From Vicugna vicugna (lineage: Eukaryota), in NCBI GenBank assembly GCA_013265495.1, contig MU058045.1:505241-528654 (forward strand): DNA of 23,414 nt, in the 5' to 3' direction. Under the pieces are notes generated by a model that was given only the letters and a program-made list of their open reading frames with translations, did no database searches and had not been told where the DNA came from. A program made the translations under genes and the position numbers. Below are positions 1 through 9,095 of the stretch, one piece after another (the stretch's first letter is position 1; every line of letters begins with the position of its first letter).

Positions 1-42
1 GCTCTGTGGTTCCAGAGAGGCCAGCTCCTTGGTAACTGGCAT

Positions 43-62
43 CCTGTTGCCATGGCAACAGG
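43..62. promoter_or_regulatory. RFX X-box in EFNB3 intron 1 (perfect palindrome CCTGTTGCCATGGCAACAGG)
   Basis: Core GTTGCCATGGCAAC (46-59) is the consensus X-box; extra half-site GGTAAC at 31-36. Confidence 0.75.
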
Positions 63-333
63 GCTGGTGATGGAGCGAGAGATGGCAGTGTGCATGTGGT
101 GAGGGCGGGCTGAAGAGTGCATTTGGGCACACCAAGGGGCAGGAGACCTCTGAGCCTGGCTTCCTGCTGCTTCCGACGTGAGCTTCCAGAGTCTTTAGTC
201 CCTGTTCTGTCAGAATAGACACTCTGCTCAGACAAAGGCTGTCCTGCCAGGAAGTGGGGTGAGGGAGGCAAAGCTCTGGGATCCAGACCTCTGACACCTC
301 TTCTCCTTGTCCACCTCGCCCTCCTCCCCATAG

Positions 334-626
334 GTTCCAGGCAGAGGGTGGTTACGTGCTCTACCCTCAGATTGGGGACCGGCTAGACCTGCTCTGCCCC
401 CGGGCCCGGCCTCCTGGCCCCCACTCCTCTCCTAATTATGAGTTCTACAAGCTGTATCTGGTAGGGGGTGCCCAGGGCCGGCGCTGTGAGGCACCCCCTG
501 CCCCCAACCTCCTTCTCACTTGTGATCGGCCAGATCTGGATCTCCGCTTCACCATCAAGTTCCAGGAGTATAGCCCTAACCTCTGGGGCCACGAGTTCCG
601 CTCACACCATGATTACTACATAATTG
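334..626 (+). CDS. EFNB3: Ephrin-B3 coding exon 2 (receptor-binding ephrin domain)
   Basis: Pyrimidine tract + TAG acceptor (331-333); translation (R)FQAEGGYVLYPQIGDRLDLLCPRARPPGPHSSPNYEFYKLYLV...FTIKFQEYSPNLWGHEFRSHHDYYII matches ephrin-B3; G|gtac donor at 627. Exon 1 (signal peptide) lies upstream of the window. Confidence 0.97.
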
Positions 627-813
627 GTACTACTGGGCACAGGGCAGGGTCAAGTGGGGAGGTGCTCCTGGGATCAAGGGCAGATGAGGGAGGGGACTAC
701 TGGAACCAAGAGAGACCCCTTATACCCTGGGGTAGTTTGGGGCCAGGGCATGGAGACAGAATAGGGACTGGACTCTGGAGCGCCAACTTCTCACTCTGGT
801 TCTTCTCTCCCAG

Positions 814-906
814 CCACATCGGATGGGACCCGAGAAGGCCTGGAGAGCTTGCAGGGAGGTGTGTGCCTCACCAGAGGCATGAAGGTGCTTCTCCGAGTGG
901 GACAAA
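814..906 (+). CDS. EFNB3: Ephrin-B3 coding exon 3
   Basis: ttctctcccag acceptor (AG 812-813); encodes (A)TSDGTREGLESLQGGVCLTRGMKVLLRVGQ; A|gtgagt donor at 907; 93 nt keeps phase 1. Confidence 0.96.
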
Positions 907-1016
907 GTGAGTATGGCTGGGATACCTCCTAAGAGCCGAGGTGGGTTGGGGCAGTACCATTATGGTCAGGAGACTGCTGTCTCAGCCCCTCTCTCCTGGG
1001 TCTTCCCCATCTCCAG

Positions 1017-1121
1017 GTCCCCGAGGAGGGGCTGCCCCCCGAAAGCCTGTGTCTGAAATGCCCATGGAAAGAGACCGAGGGGCAGCCCACAGCCTGGAGC
1101 CCGGGAAGGAGAACACAGCAG
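1017..1121 (+). CDS. EFNB3: Ephrin-B3 coding exon 4 (stalk)
   Basis: ccccatctccag acceptor; encodes (S)PRGGAAPRKPVSEMPMERDRGAAHSLEPGKENTA; G|gtagga donor at 1122; 105 nt keeps phase 1. Confidence 0.95.
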
Positions 1122-1548
1122 GTAGGAATCAGGGGTCCAGCCTCCTGCCTTCCCTAGCCTCCTCTGCTCTTGGACCCAGCTGCCCTGCCTTCACCCTCTC
1201 CCTCCCTCTTCAGTTTTGGGGGCGGTGATACAGGAAAGAGGAGAAGAGAGGATGGGAGGGTGGGAGGGGAATAGAAGCCAAATGAGGAAAAGAATCAATT
1301 AGAACTAATTAGCCAAGTCAGTGCTTCAATCAGTGCTGTCAGAGAAGTGGGGAGGACTACTTGGCACAGAGCTGAAGGGATGGACACACCTGGATTCTGA
1401 GTGGGAATTGGGGGGAGGGGAAGTGGGTCCCCAAAGGCCTGGGCACTGTTGGTGAAGCCCATGGGGACCCCTAAGGCTGGGTGTCCAGATGCCAGGGTGG
1501 CTCCTTCAGCCCCTCCCCCTCTTTCCTCCTTCACCCCTTCCCTGCCAG

Positions 1549-1958
1549 GTGACCCCACCAGCAATGCAACCTCCCGGGGTGCTGAAGGCCCCCTGCCCCC
1601 TCCCAGCATGCCCGCAGTGGCCGGGGCAGCAGGGGGGCTGGCGCTGCTCTTGCTGGGCGTGGCAGGGGCTGGGGGTGCCATGTGTTGGCGGAGACGGCGG
1701 GCCAAGCCTTCGGAGAGTCGCCACCCTGGTCCTGGCTCCTTCGGGAGGGGCGGGTCTCTGGGCCTGGGGGGTGGAGGCGGGATGGGACCGAGGGAGGCTG
1801 AGCCTGGGGAACTAGGGATAGCTCTGCGGGGCGGTGGGGCTGCAGACCCCCCCTTCTGTCCCCACTATGAGAAGGTGAGTGGCGACTATGGGCATCCTGT
1901 GTACATCGTGCAGGATGGGCCCCCACAGAGCCCTCCAAACATCTACTACAAGGTATGA
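1549..1958 (+). CDS. EFNB3: Ephrin-B3 last coding exon (transmembrane helix, cytoplasmic tail, PDZ-binding YKV, stop TGA 1956-1958)
   Basis: Long pyrimidine tract + CAG acceptor (AG 1547-1548); encodes (G)[10 protein letters not shown]...[21 protein letters not shown]...[33 protein letters not shown], the conserved ephrin-B C-terminus. Confidence 0.97.
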
Positions 1959-2308
1959 GGGCTCCTCCAACCTGGCTCTTCTGCATCCAGCCCTTTGGGA
2001 GGTGCTCCTCCAGTTTAATTCATGGTTTGAGGGACACCTCTAGCATCTCCTCGGCCCCCTTTTCCCCACCAGCTCCCTTGCTCCCCCTGGCTGTTGCCTC
2101 TTCTCCACTTTTAGGATTTCCTAAGACCTCCACCAAGCTCGCACCTGCCCTCTGGTTGGCCGTGTGTGCCCTTCTCTGTCTCTGTGTTCCTGGGTCCTAT
2201 TCCCCTGAAGGAGGGGGCAGAGACTCAGCTCCCTCTTCTGACCGTGACCCAAGGGTCCTTGTCCCCCTCACCCACTGAGAGCTAGGGGTGGGAACAGTCT
2301 GTCTTTTG

Positions 2309-2535
2309 GTTGCCACCTCTTTCTTTCTGCCTCTCATTGTTTTTCTCTTTTCTCTTCTCTCTCTCTCTCATTCTCTTTCTCTCTCTTCTGTCTCTAGGTC
2401 TGTTCCTCTTCCCTAGCATCCTCCTCCCTGTATCTCCTTATACCCTCTTGGCTTCTTATCCTGTGCCTCTCCCATCTCCACGGTGGGGGCATCAAAGTAT
2501 TTCTCCCCTCAGTTCCCTCTTCTGACTTTTCTTAC
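2309..2535 (+). repeat. Low-complexity CT-rich (polypyrimidine) tract in EFNB3 3'UTR
   Basis: Runs such as ttttctcttttctcttctctctctctctcattctctttctctctcttctg; few purines over ~200 nt. Confidence 0.8.
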
Positions 2536-2795
2536 TGACCACTCCCCTCAGTCTGCCAAAAATGGGGGCCTTATGGGGAAAGCTCTGGCACTCCACCCCA
2601 GCTCAGGGCGCGGGCAGCAGGCCTCCGCCTCTGCCCTGCCCCAGGCCTCTGCATACTTACTCCGGCCATTTGGGGTGGTTGGGTCATGACAGCTACCATG
2701 AGAAGAAGTGTCCCGCTTTGTCCAGTGGCCAGTAGCAAGCTATGAACCAGTCGAGACACATGTGGACTTGGTCTGATGCTGAAGGGGCCACTTGG

Positions 2796-2963
2796 GACAG
2801 GAAGTGACTTGCTCCAGACAAGAAGTGATCAGGCCCGGACAGAAGTGGCCTGGGAAGTGGCAGAAGCAGTGCAGCAGGAACTGGAAGTGCCTTCATCCAG
2901 GACAGGAAGTAGCACTTCTGAAATAGGAAGTGGTCTGGCTGGAACCCGAAGTGGCTTAGTCTG
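2796..2963 (+). repeat. Degenerate ~21-nt tandem array with core (GACAG)GAAGTG
   Basis: GAAG cores start at 2801, 2822, 2842, 2863, 2884, 2906, 2927 and 2948. Confidence 0.7.
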
Positions 2964-3740
2964 GGGGGTGGGGGGAGGTGGATGGTTCTCACTCTGTGGA
3001 GAAGGAGGGGAAGGAAGAACTTCCTGTTTCAGGAGGAAGCTGGAACTTACTCTAAGAAGATCGGGTGGACTGAGGAGGATTTTCCTAGTGTTCAGTGGCA
3101 CGTGCCAGGATCGCCCTTCCCTTGTTCTCTGTGCTGCTTTTAGGACAGCTAAGGTGACTGCCATCTGTGGTGGCAGGCCCAATTTGTCTTGTTCTTCCCT
3201 TCCCCTATCCCAGTATAATCTGTGTCACTCAACAGGACTACCCCAAGAACCCACCTGTTGTCCCCAGTAACCCTGATGGCTGTCTTGTTCCTCACATCCT
3301 CCATTTCCTACTCCCTTCAACCTCAACAATCTCCCTTCTTAGTGACCAAAATGGTGGCCTACTGACTGGTCTAGCTGACAGTGGTCCTTAGCAACAGCCA
3401 CTCTTTCTGCAGTGACCAGCTGATACCTCTTCCTGCCCTCTAGTGCACAGTTGGGTGTCGTCTCCGTTTCCTCTCAGCTCATTTCCATTAGATCAGAGCT
3501 GCCCCTGGGCACCACGTCGGCCACCTCAATCACCAGCCAAGATGGTTGCTTTGTCCACCAGAGGTCAAGTCATCTCTCTGGTGCCGTAGTTCCCAGCTCC
3601 TTCCTGACTTTTCTAATTGCTCCTTCCAGGGAACAGGAAGTTGATGTTGCCATGGGGGGGGTGGCGGGGTATGGCCGTCACCTCAATAGTTTTACTGTAA
3701 AGGGAAATTTGAACAACAAAAAACCAAAAAAAAAAAAAAG

Positions 3741-3746
3741 AATAAA
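3741..3746 (+). terminator. EFNB3: Polyadenylation signal AATAAA of EFNB3 (second candidate at 3993-3998)
   Basis: First AATAAA seen downstream of the stop codon, within an A-rich stretch. Confidence 0.7.
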
Positions 3747-4629
3747 AAACTTCAAAAGTGGACAAGAAGGCTGGAGAATAACTGGACATAAATTGGGACA
3801 GAGACCTGGTGGATAGACGCTTACCAGCTGAGGGTTGGGTTGCATGAAACCAAGGGTTAGGGAGACTGTTGGGTTGGAGGGGTGAGGTGGACAGTGCATG
3901 GAGGGGTGGGTAAGGGGCCTGGTGAGAAGGCTGAAGAAGGCAGCCATCTCCGTCGGAGGGAGGGAGGGACCCAGGTGAGAGTGGGAGTTGCCAATAAATC
4001 CAACAGCCACAGGGTTGTACGTGAATATACTTTCACAGCTGAGGGAAAGCCAAGTGCCTATTGCTAAACCACAGCACCAGACTCAAGGCAAGTTGCAGTC
4101 AGAAACAAAGCGGAAAAAAACATGTCCACGTGTTTAATGTATTCCCTCCCACCGCTGCCCAGAAGACTCAGGAATCCAGGCATCAAGCTGCGTGACCCCT
4201 GGCTCCCTGTGTATCCATAATCCAGGCTCTTCTACCCTAAAAACCCAGGTGCTCAGCCCCTTAGACTCCACCTCATTCTCCAACCACAAAAGCGGCCGTC
4301 AGGAGCATCACTAGAGCCAGTCGGCAGGGGTCACAGCCTCTGCCCTGCCCACCCCTCCCCTGACTTTAGGTCCCCTCCTGCTGTCTCCCATCTGCCTGGA
4401 GGTCAAGGGGTCCTCCTGCCCCTCCTCCGTCCAGTGGGACCCCTGCCCCTCCCACTGTCTGAGCAAGATGCCTGGGTCCTGAGAGGTGCAGGCATTGTAA
4501 GAGGGAAGTTGAAAACTGGGAGGCCAGGTGCTGGGCTCTCTGGAATTTACTCCTGCCTTCCAAGCCCACACTGGAGCTGCCTGAGGTAGGGAGGCTGGAG
4601 GTGGGGGTGGTGGTGGAAGGGCTGGTCCC

Positions 4630-4790
4630 TGCCCCTTAGTGGGGGTTGGTTGTCAAGGCAACATCCCCTTCTCCACACAATGGGAAGCCCCCCTCAGCCT
4701 CCCGCGTGGATGGAGCCGACAGCCCCATCGCTGGCTATCAGCCTCAGGGACTTGGCAACCGTCACTATGACAACCCAGAGCCCAGCAACA
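4630..4790. promoter_or_regulatory. Candidate intergenic enhancer: X-box cluster plus CTCF-like motif
   Basis: GTTGTCAAGGCAAC 4649-4662, TTGGCAAC 4752-4759, GTCACTATGACAAC 4761-4774, CCCAGCAAC 4781-4789; TGCCCCTTAGTGG 4630-4642. Confidence 0.55.
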
Positions 4791-5292
4791 GGGCCCAGTG
4801 AGAGAGGGAGGGGTCCACGACTGGGGCAGGGCTGTGTGTGAGAGGGGGCAAGGGAGCCGAGGGAGACTCCCCCTACACGTACATCTAGAGGCACAGGTGG
4901 AGAGACGAGAGGGAAGAGAAGTGGGGATAAATAGTCTCCGTGACAGACAAACAAACACCTCACCAAAGCAGCCGAGACATCATAACATGCTGAGAGACAG
5001 GAAGACACCTGGGGACAGATGCACAGTTGGGGAGAGGAACAGCACATTCTGCACAGTACCCTGGGACACACTCCCTTGGAGCACTGGCATCTGTAGACTA
5101 CCCCCCAACATGAACAGGACAAGACCTACAGCCTTCCGTGTGTAGTGACTTGTGGATCTTTTGAGCTATTTGAAAGCTCAGGTGACTTCTGCACAGAACA
5201 ACACATGCCATCCTATTCGCTTTCTAGGTACAAATACACAAACAGACTCCTAGGGTAACAACTACACCAAAAAGAAAAGAGGTGCAGAAAGA

Positions 5293-5690
5293 CATTAATT
5301 CACTCATTCACTCAACATCCTATTAAACATCTACTTTGTTCCAGGTGCTATTTCAGGCACTCAGGAGTATATGGTGAACAAGGCAAAGTCCCTGCTTTCC
5401 TGAAGCCCACATTTTGGTAGGGAAAAAAACATAGCATTTCTGGTAGTGATAAGTGATATCAACAAAACAGAGTAACAGGATGAAGAGGACGGAGAGTAAC
5501 AGGGAGATGCTGTATGTTAGCACGTCAGGAGGGTCCATTTGAAGAGGTGACATTTGTTCAGGATCTTGAATAATGAAGAGTGAGGAAGGTAGGCACTCTG
5601 GGGAAGGGCACAGCAGAAAGAGGGAACAGCAAATGCAAAGTGTAGAGGTGAAATCTCTGCGGGTTTGGGAATAGCTAGAAAGACACCACA
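5293..5690 (-). mobile_element. L2 LINE 3' fragment
   Basis: attcactcattcactcaacatcctattaaacatctactttgttccaggtgct... resembles the reverse complement of the L2 3' terminus; continues with typical L2 sequence (gaacaaggcaaagtccctgct...gggaacagcaaatgcaaag). Confidence 0.8.
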
Positions 5691-7840
5691 ATCACACACG
5701 TGTTCTAGACATCCTGTCTCCCCAGCCTCAGCCCGCAGGGGAGCAAGTTACTAAGGAAGGATCCACATTTAGGAAATTGATCCTACTCGGTCTTCCATAT
5801 TTTTTATTCCTTTGTTTCTTGTGCAGATGTGAGTTGTGTTTTCCTCAACTAAATTTCATGCTCTGGGAGGGCAGGGATGATGCTCTGAGATCTGGGGGCT
5901 GTGGTACCGCTGCTGGTACACAGTCTAGAGCAGATAGGAAGAGCAGATGTAAAGGATGTGAGAAGGCTGGGGACCACAGAAGGTGAAGCCCTCTCCTCTC
6001 CCTCAGCATAGGATGGAGGCTGTCCTGGGGGCTGTGCTGAAGGCAGAAGCTCAGACTTTCCCCCATCCTTTCGAACAGAAGCAGGATATAAATTAGGTTG
6101 AGGTGCGTATGTTAGTGTACGTGATTTATGTTGAGGGTTTCAATCAAAGGAGAACAGAGCAAAGGGTGGCAGTGTGAATTTCTGATGGGGAATGGTTGAC
6201 ATCACAACTGGAATTTCAGTTAGAATGAAAAATGGAGCCACATAAGGGGCTCCATTGGCACTCACGAACCTGGGGCACCCCCTACCTCAGAGAGAGTGTC
6301 AAGATCGGTAGGCAGGCTGGGAGAAATGTTGCAGGTGGGTTTGGAGGCAGGGGGCTGGCTGGGATGGGCTTAGAGAGCTGGGTGGGGGTAGGAAAAAGGA
6401 TGCAGAATAAATGGGACTGAAAACTCAGCACAGGAGAGATGTTTGAAAGGTAGCAGGGAAGGTGGAGTCCTGAAGGGAGTTCTGAGGGGACCAGGTCCCA
6501 GGGGCCCCGGATTCCCAGAAGGAATCGAAGTGTTTGGTGGCCTGGTTCTCCCACTTCCCTCAGTTGCCATCAGAAGCTGAGGCATCGGCTCCCTCCAGTC
6601 CCCGTGGCTGGTGGCAGTGCTAGGGAGATGGAGCAGCCTCGGGGGGCGGCAGCTGGTGAGTGGGGAGGAGGAATCTGTGTGCTCAGCAAACAGCAGCCTC
6701 AGTGCCTCGTAGCTGCCTCCTCCCTCATCAATCAGCCCAGCCAAATGTCCTTGCATTCCCACCACCCCAAGGGGACTGGGGCTGGGCCAGGGTCCCCAGG
6801 GGAGTGAGATGGGATGGGTGGGGGGAGGTGGGGGTGGTGCTTGGCTCCCCATCCCTTGGCCTCTGTTCTCTCCTCTCCTGGAAGCCCTCCGCTCTTCATG
6901 TCACGGAACAACTCTCCTGGCTGTGACTGTTGTGAGGGCATCAGCTACAAATCACCTGTGGGGGTCTGCTGTGGGGTGGGGGAAGAGAGATGAGTCAGGG
7001 CTGAAGAGGAATCTACTCTGGTTCTCACGGGACCAGCCCAGGGCAAAATCAGCAGGGAGGCTGCTGGCACAGAGGCCCTGTGCCCCCAGCCGGCCTCCAT
7101 CCCTGACGGATGCTCTGGACAGCAGGCTGAGACCCGGACCCCCGGAATGTCCTCTCTCTTCCCACCTTCTCCTAGCCCCCAGCCGTCATTCCCTGCTTCC
7201 CAGCATGATCCAGAGGGCTGGCCCTCAGCTCACCCTAAATCTGCTGCTCCTCCTTGGGGACTGGGGCCTCTAGACCTTAGTCTCTGGCTCACTCTCCCCC
7301 TCCTCAGCCCGTGCTCCCCTCAGGGACCCAGGAGTCCTGCCCACTGCCTTCACCATAACAACCGTTCTTTTTGGAGTTGCTTAAGACTTTAATATCATTT
7401 CATTAATTCAGCTAGTTCAGAGAAGGTTGGGGGCACAAAGAGACTGGGGTGGGCAAAAGAGGGCCAAGGTAGGGGGGAAGAAAGGGAAGGGCCCCCTCTC
7501 TCCGTGGAGATGGCTCTGAGAAATCAAATATTGACAGTGAGAGAACAGAACTTATTAAAGCTGGGACAGGGGTGTGTGTGGGGAGCTGTGGGAATGGCTG
7601 GATGCCTGGGTTCTGAGGGTAATGAAGGTTCTGGGAGGAGGGAAAGCCTGAGGCTGGGAGGATGCAGTGGGACGAAGGGTCCTGTGGTACAACTCTTCTG
7701 CCCATTTCCTTTGGAGGATGCTGAGTCTTGCTTTCCCGACTGCTTCTCAGCTGTCCCCTAGAGCCCCTGGGGACAAGAACCCCCTCACAGCTGTGGTTGG
7801 GCCCCCCCTTCATCCCTTCCCCCTACCTCCACCTCTGTTG

Positions 7841-7920
7841 ATGAGCGTCAGCAGCGTTTAATCGGATTGAGCAGTAATTAGCAAAGCGAGATGTTTGATT
7901 ACCTATTTAGCATAATGTAG
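7841..7920. promoter_or_regulatory. Candidate conserved non-coding element, homeodomain/POU motif cluster
   Basis: AT-richer island in GC-rich DNA with TAATCGGATT, TAATTA, TGATTA, ATTTAGCATAAT and GTCAGCA. Confidence 0.45.
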
Positions 7921-9081
7921 GGGGCTGGGATCCCTAGGCACAGCCAAGGTTGTGGGGGGGGTCAGAAAATAAATGGGGTCTACACAACATTCCTCTCCCT
8001 GAGGGAGCCATGAGCCCTGCCTATAAGTCTCCCCATCCTATGCCTCCCTTCAAATCTTCATTCCTTTGGGATTTTTCCCTGGGGGATCTGACCAATCACA
8101 TCACCTCTCTGCCACCCACTCCCTAACTGGTTAGAGGATCACCCACCTAGCCCTGCTTGCTGTGCAGCTGGTTTTTGGGTGTAGCCGGACTCCTCTCTCT
8201 TTCAAACCTTGCCCTCAGCAACAGGAGGGTGGTGGGTTGGACAGGAGCCCAGAAACCCACCTTAAGGATAATGGGCGGCGTGGGGGATGCCAAGGGCAGG
8301 GGTTGTCAATTCTGGAAATAAAGATGGGGTAGGTAGGATGGTGAGGTCAGAGCTGCGGAGTACCAGAGACTGCCACTCTTCGCCCTGCCAGACTGGCATA
8401 TGAGACCCGTCAGGTGTGAACACCGACCAGGAAAAGGGTGCCAGCTTCTCTCCCCCTCATCCAGCAAAGAAAATGTCATCAATTTAGCTCCTCATGGAAA
8501 TGTAATCAGTGGGCTCGCTGCTGGCTTTGTCTTAATTAGGCACTATTGATGGAAGCAGGGAGGGTGCCTTCCCATCTCCCTGACTCGCTCCCCCCCCCCA
8601 TCTCCCAGGCCTTCCTAAAGCTTCTCCAGGCCCCAGGTACAGCTCAGTGTTCAGGCGCCTCTTCTTGCAGCCCCGGCCCGCAGCGCCCCCTAGCACCCGC
8701 TGCCGTCTGCCCCTCCTCTCACACCCCTCTCCTCTCGCTTCCCCCGGGCTCAGCCTTTGTTCTTAAGGAGAGCCGAGCCCCTCCCCGGCCCGGTCACCTT
8801 CCCCAGAGAGTCCCCGCCTCCCGTCCCCCGCAAAATACGAGAGATGCTTTCCAAATCCAATCCTCAGATTCGAAAAATTCCAGTTCCGTTCTTCCCTCCT
8901 TCCCCCGTCTAGTGCTGCCCGGCGATCCTAGACCCCATTCCGAACTAAGAAGGGGGAACAAGTGGGAGGGCAGGGGTGCTCCAGCCCCGGTTTTCCCCCC
9001 GGACTCAGCTGCAGCCACGGCTGCTTCGAAATCCTGGAGCGCCTTCTAGAGCGCCCGCGAACCTCGCAGGCGGGACCACGG

Positions 9082-9095
9082 GCGCCATCTGCTGG
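9082..9095 (-). promoter_or_regulatory. CTCF motif candidate
   Basis: Minus strand reads CCAGCAGATGGCGC, a close match to the CTCF core CCASYAGRKGGCRS. Confidence 0.65.

Larger units (their letters stand above)
1959..3770 (+). other. EFNB3: EFNB3 3' UTR (3' end approximate)
   Basis: Follows the stop codon; first canonical AATAAA at 3741-3746; no recognisable transposon inside. Confidence 0.75.

Noticed and set aside
356..910. 184-aa ORF taken as a complete gene
   Set aside because: It is EFNB3 exon 2 read through into intron 2; the start is a GTG (Val) codon and similarity ends at the donor at 627.
2887..2917. miRNA seed matches GTGCCTT (miR-124) and AGCACTT (miR-302/372 family) in the 3'UTR array
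   Set aside because: Single 7-mers are expected by chance in 1.8 kb; cannot be supported without conservation data.
2796..2963. CRISPR-like repeat-spacer reading of the phased array
   Set aside because: Mammalian 3'UTR; cores are only 6-11 nt and degenerate, spacers ~10 nt, and no cas genes.
2776..3270. 164-aa ORF in the EFNB3 3'UTR with heptad-like repeats
   Set aside because: The periodicity comes from the 21-nt DNA array, and the 20- and 22-nt units shift the core between frames, arguing against coding selection; no recognisable protein similarity.
3715..3750. A-rich run as a retroposed poly(A) tail
   Set aside because: No TSD or upstream element; it surrounds the EFNB3 poly(A) signal and is mainly an oligo-dT mispriming risk.
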